Shown piece by piece: positions 28,803 to 37,670 of a DNA stretch of 45,138 nucleotides; within the stretch, counting starts at the first letter, position 1; every line of letters begins with the position of its first letter. Both the position numbers and the translations under genes were made by a program. The notes below the pieces were generated by a model. The model was not told the origin of the DNA. It was given only the letters and a program-made list of their open reading frames with translations, and searched no databases. The DNA comes from an uncultured Alphaproteobacteria bacterium (lineage in GTDB: Bacteria; Pseudomonadota; Alphaproteobacteria; Sphingomonadales; Sphingomonadaceae), in the NCBI GenBank assembly GCA_903939555.1, contig CAJAHV010000031.1:1-45138 (forward strand). Reading direction: 5' to 3'.

Positions 28803-30985
28803 GACGCGGCCAGCAACGGCAATTGCCGCCGCCGCCCGCCACCCGCTGCGAACAGCGCATTGGCTACCGCCGGCGCGATCGGTGGTGTGCCGGGTTCGCC
28901 AACACCACCTGCCGGCGCTTCCGACGCGATGATCGTCACTGCGATTTCGGGCGTTTCGGCCATGGTGAGCAGCGGGTGGCTGTCGAAATTGCCCTGTTGC
29001 GCCATGCCATCGGCAAAGGTGACCCGGCCATGCAACGCCGCGGTAAGGCCATAAATGACCCCGCTTTCCATCTGGGCGCGCACGCTGTCGGGGTTGATGA
29101 CCCGGCCGCAATCGACCGCCACCCAAACCCTGGTGACACGCGGTGCCTGATCCTTGACGATGCTGACTTCGGCGACCTGGGCCACGATGCTGCCGAAACA
29201 TTCGCTGAGCGCGACGCCGCGGCCAACCCCCGGCGCCACCTGGCCAAGCGGCCCGCCGGCTTTCAAGGCAGCGCGCAGCACCGCGGCATGGCGCGGCTTG
29301 TCCTTGAGCATCGCCAGCCTGAAGCTGCCCGGATCAACCTTGGCAGCGGCGGCAAGTTCATCGACGAAGCTTTCGGTGATGAACGCCGAAAAACTATGGC
29401 CGACCGAGCGCCAGAAGCCCAGCGGCACCGGGCAATCGGCAAGGGCATGCGCGACGCGGATATTGGCGATGTCATAGGGCAGATGCACCGAGCCTTCGAT
29501 GGCACCGGCACTGGTCTTTGGGTCGCCCCCGGCGATGGGAATGTTGCGGCCCGTGAAGCTGCTGCCGACATCGGGCGCGGCGATCACCGCATCCCAGCCG
29601 GTCACGCCACGGTCGCCCGCGACACCGCGCAGCCGCGCTGCCACGGCGGGACGCCACATATCGTGCGCGAAATCTTCCTCGCGGCTCCAGATCAACTGCA
29701 CCGGACGACCGACGGCTTTTGCGATGATAGCGGCCTGTTCGCATGCATCCTTTTCGACTTTGCGACCGAAACCACCGCCGAGCAGTGTCGGGAAGATCGT
29801 CACATCGTCCGAATCGATATCGAGCGCCCGCGCCACGGCCCAGGCCGCGATGCTGGCCGATTGCGTCGGCGCCCAAACTTCGCACTTGCCGTTTTCAAAG
29901 CGCGCCGTCGCCGTCATCGGCTCGAGACAGGCATGCGCAAGGAACGGTAGGGTGTATTCGGCACTGATGCCGGCGCCGCTTTCAAGGGTCGCGGCAACGT
30001 CTCCGTCATCGCGCACCGTGTCACCCTTGGTATCAAGCGCTGCCATCAACCCGGCTTCGAGCCAAGGACCAGCCGGTTTGACGGCAGGAGCATAGTTGAC
30101 GGTGACCGTATCGAGCGCGGTCTTGGCAGCATACCAGCCATCGGCGACCACGGCGATGAAATCAGGCCCTTCGACCAGCCGTGCTGTCGCCGGCAGCGCA
30201 CGTTTGTCGACCGTCTTGCGGGTGGCGCCGATCGGCGACTGGCGGATTGCAGCATACATCATGCCGGGCAAACGCACATCGGCACCAAAGCGCGCGCTGC
30301 CATCGGTCTTGGCCGGGATGTCGATTCGCAGCACTGGCTTGCCGACAAGCACGGGCTTTTCACGCAGCGTCGGCTCTGCCGGTGCATCCTCGAGCTTTGC
30401 CTCGGCGGCGATATCGGCGAAGGCGATGCGATTGGCCTTGTGGATGACAAACCCGCCGGCAGTGTCGCAATCCTCCCAATCGACCGACCAGCGCCGCGCC
30501 GCTGCCCGGCACAGCATCTCGCGACCCGCAGCGCCCGCCGCCCGCAACGGCGCCTCAAAGCCGCGCATCGAGGTGCTACCGCCGGTGATCTGGAAGTCGA
30601 AGAATTCGACCATGCGGCCGCCACCCCACGCCGCAATGCGACGCATGGTGTCAGACATATGCTCGATCTGGTCGGCCATCATACCCTTGTTGGCGTAATC
30701 GGGGCCGAGCGGTGCCGGCTCGACCGCCACGGTACGCCAATCGGCACCCAGTTCATCGGCAACGATCTGCGCCAGCCCCGACCAGATGCCCTGGCCCATC
30801 TCGGCCTGGGGCACCGCCACCGTGACACGGCCATCGGCTCCAATCTTGACGAAAGCATTGATGAGTTGCTCGCCCTCCCCTGCCGACCAGACGAGCGCGC
30901 GTCGGCGCGGCCAGACGGCCCAGCCAATGGCAAGGCCGCCGCCAGCGCCGGCGGCAATCAACAGGGTACGGCGTGAAATCGCCAT
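28799..30985 (-). CDS. Xanthine dehydrogenase family molybdopterin subunit (IorB-like), Tat signal
   Basis: SRRTLL twin-arginine motif, EMGQG, TGGSTS, LAHACLEP, GGGFGRK, WSREED, VDCG..INPD and catalytic-Glu motif GGVGEP. Confidence 0.92.
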   Translation of the reverse strand: MAISRRTLLIAAGAGGGLAIGWAVWPRRRALVWSAGEGEQLINAFVKIGADGRVTVAVPQAEMGQGIWSGLAQIVADELGADWRTVAVEPAPLGPDYANKGMMADQIEHMSDTMRRIAAWGGGRMVEFFDFQITGGSTSMRGFEAPLRAAGAAGREMLCRAAARRWSVDWEDCDTAGGFVIHKANRIAFADIAAEAKLEDAPAEPTLREKPVLVGKPVLRIDIPAKTDGSARFGADVRLPGMMYAAIRQSPIGATRKTVDKRALPATARLVEGPDFIAVVADGWYAAKTALDTVTVNYAPAVKPAGPWLEAGLMAALDTKGDTVRDDGDVAATLESGAGISAEYTLPFLAHACLEPMTATARFENGKCEVWAPTQSASIAAWAVARALDIDSDDVTIFPTLLGGGFGRKVEKDACEQAAIIAKAVGRPVQLIWSREEDFAHDMWRPAVAARLRGVAGDRGVTGWDAVIAAPDVGSSFTGRNIPIAGGDPKTSAGAIEGSVHLPYDIANIRVAHALADCPVPLGFWRSVGHSFSAFITESFVDELAAAAKVDPGSFRLAMLKDKPRHAAVLRAALKAGGPLGQVAPGVGRGVALSECFGSIVAQVAEVSIVKDQAPRVTRVWVAVDCGRVINPDSVRAQMESGVIYGLTAALHGRVTFADGMAQQGNFDSHPLLTMAETPEIAVTIIASEAPAGGVGEPGTPPIAPAVANALFAAGGGRRRQLPLLAAS

Positions 30986-31012
30986 GGCGTGCGTCCGGTT
31001 CCTTGCCTGACC

Positions 31013-31501
31013 CTACTTCAGTTGGCCCATCAGATGTTCTGCCGACGACACCGCAAAGGCGCCCGGCTCTTCGATGTTGAGATGGGTGACCACCCCGTCC
31101 TTTACCAGCATGGAGAAGCGCTGGCTGCGGATGCCCATGCCAAACTTGCTGAAATCGGCCTCGAGGCCGAGCGACTTCGCGAAATCGGCGCTGCCATCAG
31201 CGAGCATCGTCACCTTGTCGCCGACATCGGCCGACTGGCCCCAGGCACGCATGACAAAAGCGTCATTGACCGACAGGCAGACGATTTCATCGACACCGTG
31301 CTGCTTGATGGTTTCGGCATTGATAACGAAACCCGGCAGATGTTTGGCAGAACAGGTCGGGGTGAAGGCACCAGGCACCGAGAACAGTGCAATGGTGCGG
31401 CCGCCGAAAAGCGCCTCGGTCGAAATCGGTGCGGGGCCGGCATCGCTTGCCTTGACGAGCGTCGCTGCGGGAATCTTGTCACCAACCTTGATGGTCATCA
31501 T
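31013..31501 (-). CDS. Peroxiredoxin (Prx5/Redoxin family)
   Basis: VPGAFTPTCS..HLPG, SVNDAFVM.AW and GMG.RSQRFSM. Confidence 0.95.
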   Translation of the reverse strand: MMTIKVGDKIPAATLVKASDAGPAPISTEALFGGRTIALFSVPGAFTPTCSAKHLPGFVINAETIKQHGVDEIVCLSVNDAFVMRAWGQSADVGDKVTMLADGSADFAKSLGLEADFSKFGMGIRSQRFSMLVKDGVVTHLNIEEPGAFAVSSAEHLMGQLK

Positions 31502-31583
31502 GCTGTCCTTTGTGCCTTGAGATTGAGCGACCGATAGCCGCCCCCTTTGTATGCGTCCAGCGCAACACTATATCTGCGACGAG

Positions 31584-32159
31584 ATGAACGTTCCGCATTT
31601 CCTGTCCGGCACTTTGTTGCTCTCCATGCCCGGCATCGGTGATCCGCGTTTTGAACGCAGCGTCATCGCCATGTGCCTGCACGACGAGGACGGCGCCCTT
31701 GGGCTGGTGGTCAACAATCCCGCTCCCGGGCTGACAGTGCGCACGCTCATGCAACAGCTCGACATCGACCCGGGTGTCACCGCCGACGACGTACTGGTGA
31801 TGAACGGCGGACCGGTCGAACCCGGGCGCGGTTTCGTGCTGCACAGTGCCGATTACCAGAGCCAGGGAACGATTATGGTAACAGATCCCACCGGTCCAGT
31901 CTGGGGGCTTACCGCCACGCTCGATGTGCTGAAGGACATCGCCCGTGGCCGGGGCCCGGCGCGCTGGCTGGCGGCGCTGGGCTATACCGGCTGGAGCGCC
32001 GGGCAGCTTGATGGCGAAATGACCCGGCATGGCTGGCACGTCGCCCCGGGCAACCCGGCGATCCTGTTCGAAACCGATATCACGGCGCGCTGGTCTGCCG
32101 CCTACGGCCAGCAGGGCATTGATGTGGGACAGTTGAGCGCCACTCCGGGGCGGGCGTAA
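31584..32159 (+). CDS. YqgE/AlgH (DUF179) family protein
   Basis: LLSMP..GDPRFERSVI..C.H...GALGLVVN, GGPVEPGRGFVLHS, LGYTGW..GQL..E and C-terminal PGRA. Confidence 0.93.
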   Translation: MNVPHFLSGTLLLSMPGIGDPRFERSVIAMCLHDEDGALGLVVNNPAPGLTVRTLMQQLDIDPGVTADDVLVMNGGPVEPGRGFVLHSADYQSQGTIMVTDPTGPVWGLTATLDVLKDIARGRGPARWLAALGYTGWSAGQLDGEMTRHGWHVAPGNPAILFETDITARWSAAYGQQGIDVGQLSATPGRA

Positions 32160-32349
32160 CGCCGTTACTGCATGACGAGGGCGTTGATCTGATTGTCATC
32201 GCAGTCGTGCAAACAGCCTGCGCAAAGGCCTCCGGCGCGCGACTGGGGCGGACCAGCGCCGCCGAGCGCGACATGCCGGCGCATGATTCGTGCCCGTTTG
32301 ATGATAATATGACATGAATAATTCGGTGTCGCGCCAAGCGACATCCGCG

Positions 32350-32398
32350 CCGGCGCCCCCTTTCCGCCATCCGGCGCCCCCCTTTCCGCCATCCGGCG
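32350..32398 (+). repeat. Tandem duplication of a 21/22-bp unit
   Basis: CCGGCG-C5-TTTCCGCCAT, then CCGGCG-C6-TTTCCGCCAT, then a partial CCGGCG. Confidence 0.9.
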
Positions 32399-32399
32399 G

Positions 32400-32428
32400 T
32401 TGCATTGCCGGGCCGGCATGGCTATAGC
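32400..32428 (+). promoter_or_regulatory. rpmI-rplT promoter
   Basis: TTGCAT, N17, TATAGC, followed by a GC-rich discriminator (CCCGCCC). Confidence 0.8.
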
Positions 32429-32438
32429 CCCGCCCTTC

Positions 32439-32520
32439 GCATGACCGAACGGCCCGGCTGAATGGGCTGCCGTGGCTGTTCAATGATGCGTCCATCAGAG
32501 CCTTTACGGCTTCCAAGGAG
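32439..32520 (+). promoter_or_regulatory. Structured 5' leader of rpmI (candidate r-protein autoregulatory element)
   Basis: GAACGGC/GCTGTTC and CGGC/GCCG stems, with alternative pairings next to the SD AAGGAG. Confidence 0.5.
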
Positions 32521-32525
32521 ACGAA

Positions 32526-32729
32526 ATGCCCAAGCTCAAGACCAAGAGCGGTGTGAAGAAGCGCTTCAAGATCACCGCGTCCGGCAAGATCAAGCACGGT
32601 GTTGCTGGCAAGCGCCACCGTTTGATCAGCCACAATTCCAAGTACATCCGCCAGAATCGCGGGACATCGGTGCTTTCCGAGGCGGATACGCCGCGGGTGA
32701 AGCTCTGGGCCCCCTACGGTCTTAAGTAA
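32526..32729 (+). CDS. rpmI: 50S ribosomal protein L35
   Basis: MPKLKTKSGVKKRFKITASGK..KRH; SD AAGGAG. Confidence 0.98.
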   Translation: MPKLKTKSGVKKRFKITASGKIKHGVAGKRHRLISHNSKYIRQNRGTSVLSEADTPRVKLWAPYGLK

Positions 32730-32741
32730 GGAGGCCGGTAA

Positions 32742-33113
32742 ATGGCACGCGTCAAACGTGGTACGACGACTCACGCTCGTCACAAGCGGATCCTGGAGCA
32801 GGCGAAGGGCTATTATGGCCGTCGCAAGAACACGATTCGCATCGCCAAGCAGGCCGTCGAAAAGGCCGGCCAGTACGCCTATCGCGATCGCAAGGTTAAG
32901 AAGCGCAGCTTCCGCGCCATCTGGATCCAGCGCATCAACGCCGCTGTGCGCGAACAGGGCCTGACCTATGGCGTCTTCATGCATGGCACCACGCTTGCCG
33001 GCATCGAGATCGACCGCCAGATCATGGCCGACATGGCGATGCACGAACCCGAAACCTTCAAGGTCATCATCGCGCAGGTCCAGGCCGTGCTTGATGCCAA
33101 GGCCGCTGCGTAA
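32742..33113 (+). CDS. rplT: 50S ribosomal protein L20
   Basis: [36 protein letters not shown]; SD AAGGAGG. Confidence 0.98.
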   Translation: MARVKRGTTTHARHKRILEQAKGYYGRRKNTIRIAKQAVEKAGQYAYRDRKVKKRSFRAIWIQRINAAVREQGLTYGVFMHGTTLAGIEIDRQIMADMAMHEPETFKVIIAQVQAVLDAKAAA

Positions 33114-33138
33114 CACCAGCGTTCTTTCGGACAACAAG

Positions 33139-33175
33139 CGGCGCGGCAGGGCAACCTGCCGCGCCGTTTTTGTTT
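33139..33175 (+). terminator. Intrinsic terminator after rplT
   Basis: Perfect 12-bp stem CGGCGCGGCAGG / CCTGCCGCGCCG, GCAA tetraloop, then TTTTTGTTT. Confidence 0.9.
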
Positions 33176-33220
33176 AGCGCCGCCTTCCGTTTCCTTGTCC
33201 GCAAAGCTAGACCGCACGCC

Positions 33221-34300
33221 ATGAGCACCGACACACTGCAAGCCGACACCTTGGCCGCCATTGCCGCCGCCGCCAGCCCCGAAGCGCTGGAGGCCGTGCG
33301 CGTCAGCGCTATGGGCAAGTCCGGCAGCGTCACCGCGCTGTTGAAGACGCTGGGCGGCATGACCCCCGAAGAGCGCCTTGTGGAAGGCCCGCGGCTCAAC
33401 GGCCTGCGCGAAGCAATCACTGCGGCACTGGCAGCGCGCAAGAACGAGCTGGAAAGCGTTGCGCTCAACGCGCGCCTTGTCGCCGAACGCCAGGACATGA
33501 CGCTACCGGTTGCCCCGGCGCTGACGGGCAGCATCCATCCGGTAAGCCAGGTCATGGACGAACTGGCGGAGATTTTCGCCGATCTGGGCTTTGCCGTCGC
33601 GACGGGTCCGGAGATCGAAGACGATTGGCACAATTTCAGCGCGCTCAACATTCCGGAAACGCATCCGGCGCGGGCGATGCACGATACCTTCTATTTCCCG
33701 GATGCGGACGCCCAGGGCCGCAAGATGCTGCTGCGCACCCACACGTCGCCGGTGCAGATCCGCACGATGATGACGCAGAAACCGCCGATCCGCATCATCG
33801 CGCCCGGCCGCGTCTATCGCAGTGATTCGGATGCCACCCACACGCCGATGTTCCACCAGGTCGAAGGGTTGGTCATCGATCGCGGCGTGACCCTCGCCAA
33901 CCTGCGCTGGACGCTGGAAACCTTCATCAAGGCGTTCTTCGAAGTCGATGACGTGAGCTTACGTTTTCGCCCGAGCTATTTCCCGTTTACCGAGCCGTCG
34001 GTCGAGGTTGATGTCGGCTATTCGTCGAAAACCGGCAAGCCGGCAGCGGCGGGCGATGTCGACAAATGGCTCGAAGTGCTCGGCAGCGGCATGGTCCACC
34101 CGCGCGTCATCAGCGCCTGCGGGCTCGACCCCAATGAATATCAGGGCTTCGCCTTTGGCTGCGGCATCGACCGGCTGGCCATGCTCAAATATGGCATGAA
34201 CGATTTGCGGCCCTTCTTCGATGCCGATCTGCGCTGGTTGAAGCATCACGGGTTCTCGGCCTTCGATGTGCCGACCCTTTCCGGCGGAGTCGGCGCATGA
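33221..34300 (+). CDS. pheS: Phenylalanine--tRNA ligase alpha subunit
   Basis: [47 protein letters not shown] and GFAFG.GIDR. Confidence 0.98.
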   Translation: MSTDTLQADTLAAIAAAASPEALEAVRVSAMGKSGSVTALLKTLGGMTPEERLVEGPRLNGLREAITAALAARKNELESVALNARLVAERQDMTLPVAPALTGSIHPVSQVMDELAEIFADLGFAVATGPEIEDDWHNFSALNIPETHPARAMHDTFYFPDADAQGRKMLLRTHTSPVQIRTMMTQKPPIRIIAPGRVYRSDSDATHTPMFHQVEGLVIDRGVTLANLRWTLETFIKAFFEVDDVSLRFRPSYFPFTEPSVEVDVGYSSKTGKPAAAGDVDKWLEVLGSGMVHPRVISACGLDPNEYQGFAFGCGIDRLAMLKYGMNDLRPFFDADLRWLKHHGFSAFDVPTLSGGVGA

Positions 34301-36711
34301 AGTTCACCCTGTCATGGCTCAAGGCGCATCTCGACACCGACGCCGGGGTCGAGGCGATTTCGGTTGCCCTCACCTCGCTGGGCCTTGAAGTCGATGGCAT
34401 CGACGATCCGGCGGCCAAGCTCGCCGCCTTCACCATCGCCGAAGTGCTGACGGCAGAACGCCATCCCCAGGCTGACAAATTACAGGTGCTTTCAGTGTCG
34501 ACCGGCACTGGCGAAGCCTTGCAGGTCGTCTGCGGGGCGCCCAATGCCCGCGCCGGCATGAAGGGCGTGTTCGGTGCGCCGGGCACCTATGTGCCGGGCA
34601 GCGGCATCACGCTCAAGGTTGCTGCCATCCGCGGCGTCACCTCGAACGGCATGATGTGTTCGATGCGCGAGCTCGAACTGTCGGAAGAACATGATGGCAT
34701 CATCGAGCTTCCCGCCGATGCCCCGGTCGGTGCGCGCTATGTCGATTATGCCGGCATCGGCGACCCGGTGTTCGACGTGGCGATCACCCCTAATCGCCAG
34801 GATTGCATGGGCGTGCGCGGCATCGCCCGCGATCTGGCTGCGCTGGGTATCGGCCGGCTGAAACCACTTGCTGAAGCCTATCGTGTTGCCGGGTTCGACG
34901 TGGCGCGCAGCGGTGCAGGGCCTGAGGTGCGCACCGATGATCCGGCGGGCTGCCCGGCATTCTTCGCCTGCACCGTCGCTGGCGTCAGCAATGGTGCGTC
35001 GCCTTCCTGGCTCCAGCAAAGGCTCAAGGCGATCGGGCAAAAGCCGATTTCGGCGCTGGTCGATATCACCAATTTCGTCATGTTCGATCTCGGCAGGCCG
35101 CTGCACGTCTATGACAGGGCAAAGCTCAGCGGTGCGCTGGTCGCCCGCAAGGCGTATGATGGCGAACAGGTGCTGGCCTTGAATGGCAAGACTTATGCCG
35201 TCGACGCGACGATGACCGTCATCGCCGATGATGTCGAAGCGCATGATATCGGCGGCATCATGGGCGGCATGGCTTCGGGTTGTTCCGAGGCCACGACCGA
35301 CGTGTTGATCGAATGCGCCTTTTTCGACCCCGAAGCCATCGCCCGCACCGGCCAGAAGCTGTTGCTGACCAGCGATGCGCGTTCGCGCTTCGAACGCGGC
35401 GTGGATCCGGCCTTTCTCGACGAAGGGCTGGCCGTGGCAACGCATCTCGTGCTGGCATTGTGCGGCGGCACGGCGAGCGAAATCACCCGCGCCGGCGCGC
35501 CGCCGCTGGCGACCAAGACCGTCGCCTATCGCCCGGCGCGCGTTACCGGGCTGGCCGGTATCGACGTTGCCGAGGACGAACAGGCCGCAATTTTGATGCG
35601 GCTGGGCTTTGGCGTGACGCAGGGCTCACCATGGCAGGTGACCGTGCCGACGTGGCGCCGCGATATTGGCAGTGTGGCCACTATAAACAGCGGCTGGGAC
35701 GGCGAAGCCGACCTTGTGGAGGAGGTAATCCGCATCTATGGCCTCGACCGCGTGCCGGCAACGGCGCTGCCGCGTGCCGAAGGGGTCGCCAAGCCGACCG
35801 CGACCCCGGCGCAAAAGCTCGAACGCAAGCTGCGCCGCAGTACGGCGGCGCGTGGTTTCGACGAGGCAGTGACCTGGAGCTTCCTGCCCCCCGCCGATGC
35901 CGATGCCTTTGGTGGCGCCGCCTGGACGCTGGCCAATCCGATTTCGGCTGATATGGCAGCGATGCGACCCTCCCTGCTGCCTGGGTTGCTGGCGGCGGCG
36001 AAACGCAACGCCGATCGCGGCCAGCCGTCGGCACGGTTATTCGAACTCGGCCAGCGCTACCATTCCGATGCCGAGCATCCGACGCTAGCGCTGCTGATGG
36101 CCGGCGAAGCGCGGGCGCGCGATTGGCGCGGCGGCGGCGCTACGCCTTTCGATGCATATGATGCCAAGGCCGAAGCGCTCGCCGCGCTCGCCGCTGCCGG
36201 CGCGCCCATCGACCGCTTGACCGTGGTCGCGCCTGCAACCGGCTGGTGGCACCCAGGCCGCGCCGGGCGGCTCGTGCTCGGCAAGGTGGCGCTTGCCGAT
36301 TTCGGCATGCTCCATCCGGCGACGCTGGCGGGCTTTGGTGCCAAAGGTGCGGTTGCCGCGGTCGAAGTCTATCTCGATGCGCTGCCCCCGGCGCGCGGGC
36401 GCAAATCGCGCGGCGTCTATGCCCCGCCGGCATTGCAAGCGCTAACGCGCGATTTCGCCTTTGTCGCCGATGAAAGCCTTGCCGCCGATGCGCTGCTGCG
36501 CGCCGCCGCCGGTGCCGACAAGGCGCTGATCAGCGGTGTTCGGCTATTCGATCGCTTCGCCGGCGAACGGCTCGGCGCCGGCAAGATCAGCCTCGCCATC
36601 GAGGTGACACTGCAGCCGACCGAAAAATCGCTTACCGATGCCGAAATCGAAGCGGTCTCGGCAAAGGTCTTGGCCGCGGCGGCGCGGATCGGCGCGGTTT
36701 TGCGTGGCTGA
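34297..36711 (+). CDS. pheT: Phenylalanine--tRNA ligase beta subunit
   Basis: [55 protein letters not shown] and C-terminal LRG. ATGA coupling. Confidence 0.98.
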   Translation: MKFTLSWLKAHLDTDAGVEAISVALTSLGLEVDGIDDPAAKLAAFTIAEVLTAERHPQADKLQVLSVSTGTGEALQVVCGAPNARAGMKGVFGAPGTYVPGSGITLKVAAIRGVTSNGMMCSMRELELSEEHDGIIELPADAPVGARYVDYAGIGDPVFDVAITPNRQDCMGVRGIARDLAALGIGRLKPLAEAYRVAGFDVARSGAGPEVRTDDPAGCPAFFACTVAGVSNGASPSWLQQRLKAIGQKPISALVDITNFVMFDLGRPLHVYDRAKLSGALVARKAYDGEQVLALNGKTYAVDATMTVIADDVEAHDIGGIMGGMASGCSEATTDVLIECAFFDPEAIARTGQKLLLTSDARSRFERGVDPAFLDEGLAVATHLVLALCGGTASEITRAGAPPLATKTVAYRPARVTGLAGIDVAEDEQAAILMRLGFGVTQGSPWQVTVPTWRRDIGSVATINSGWDGEADLVEEVIRIYGLDRVPATALPRAEGVAKPTATPAQKLERKLRRSTAARGFDEAVTWSFLPPADADAFGGAAWTLANPISADMAAMRPSLLPGLLAAAKRNADRGQPSARLFELGQRYHSDAEHPTLALLMAGEARARDWRGGGATPFDAYDAKAEALAALAAAGAPIDRLTVVAPATGWWHPGRAGRLVLGKVALADFGMLHPATLAGFGAKGAVAAVEVYLDALPPARGRKSRGVYAPPALQALTRDFAFVADESLAADALLRAAAGADKALISGVRLFDRFAGERLGAGKISLAIEVTLQPTEKSLTDAEIEAVSAKVLAAAARIGAVLRG

Positions 36712-36712
36712 T

Positions 36713-36737
36713 GGCGCCCGGTTCCACACCGGGCGCC
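36713..36737. terminator. Hairpin between convergent pheT and ompA-family gene
   Basis: GGCGCCCGGT-TCCAC-ACCGGGCGCC, a perfect 10-bp stem. No U-tract. Confidence 0.6.
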
Positions 36738-36756
36738 CAACTACCGCCAACCGGGC

Positions 36757-37473
36757 TCAGGGGCGTGGCACAGGCGTTCCTGGGCGCTGCGGCGGCGCGT
36801 TGCCGATGTCCTGCTGGGTCACCGGAGACAGCCTGATTTCGACGCGGCGGTTTTCGGCGCGACCCTGCTCGGTGTCGTTCGATGCGATCGGATAGGTTTT
36901 GCCGTAGCCGCGCGTCGCCACCCGCGCTGCGTTGACACCCCGATAGCCGAGATAGTCGGCCACTGCCTTGGCGCGCTGTTCCGAAAGGCGCTGGTTGACC
37001 ACGTCCGTTCCGATGGAGTCGGTATGGCCCGAAACATCGACAAAGGTCGATTGATAGGAGGCCAGCGTCTGCGCGACCTGGTCGAGCACCGGGCGGAATT
37101 CGGGCTTCACCGCGGCAGAATTGAAATCGAAGCTGATGCCCGAAGGCAGCTTGAGGTTGATCTCGTCGCCCTTGCGTTCGACTTCGATACCAGTGTTGGC
37201 GGTGCGGGCACGCAGTTCGCGTTCCTGCTTGTCCATGTAGCCGCCAATCGAAGCGCCAGCGATCGCGCCAATGCCGGTGCCGATCAAAACTTCGGCACGA
37301 TTGTTGCGACCGCCGAGCAATGCCCCGAGCAAGGCGCCCGCACCGGCACCAGCCAGCGCCCCGCCGCCCGCGCGCGACATGCCGGTCCGCCCGGTATCAG
37401 GATCGGTGACGCAACCGGTCAGCGCCAGCGTACCAGCCAGGAGAGCGAGCGTTATTTTGCTGCTGAATGCCAT
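36757..37473 (-). CDS. OmpA-family lipoprotein with glycine zipper (YiaD-like)
   Basis: Lipobox LTGC, glycine zipper, YMDKQE..LR, GHTDS.G...NQRLSEQRA and NRRVEI. Confidence 0.93.
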   Translation of the reverse strand: MAFSSKITLALLAGTLALTGCVTDPDTGRTGMSRAGGGALAGAGAGALLGALLGGRNNRAEVLIGTGIGAIAGASIGGYMDKQERELRARTANTGIEVERKGDEINLKLPSGISFDFNSAAVKPEFRPVLDQVAQTLASYQSTFVDVSGHTDSIGTDVVNQRLSEQRAKAVADYLGYRGVNAARVATRGYGKTYPIASNDTEQGRAENRRVEIRLSPVTQQDIGNAPPQRPGTPVPRP

Positions 37474-37670
37474 GTCGGGGCCTCTCGTTAACATTATGCT
37501 GCATCTTAACCTATTCGAGCGCCAAGGTCATCATCACTATAGCCAGCCGTGTTGACCGAGCGATGAACGACTTGCCCGTGCCATTGCGCATGCCCTCTTC
37601 GCACTTGGCCGCTTTGGCTCTATAAGGCGAGCGAGCGGGCAGCACAGCCCCGCGCCGCGCTTTGGAGCCG

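Noticed and set aside
37488-37509. Two TTAA half-sites upstream of the OmpA lipoprotein gene as a CtrA site
   Set aside because: Spacing is 14 bp, not 7.
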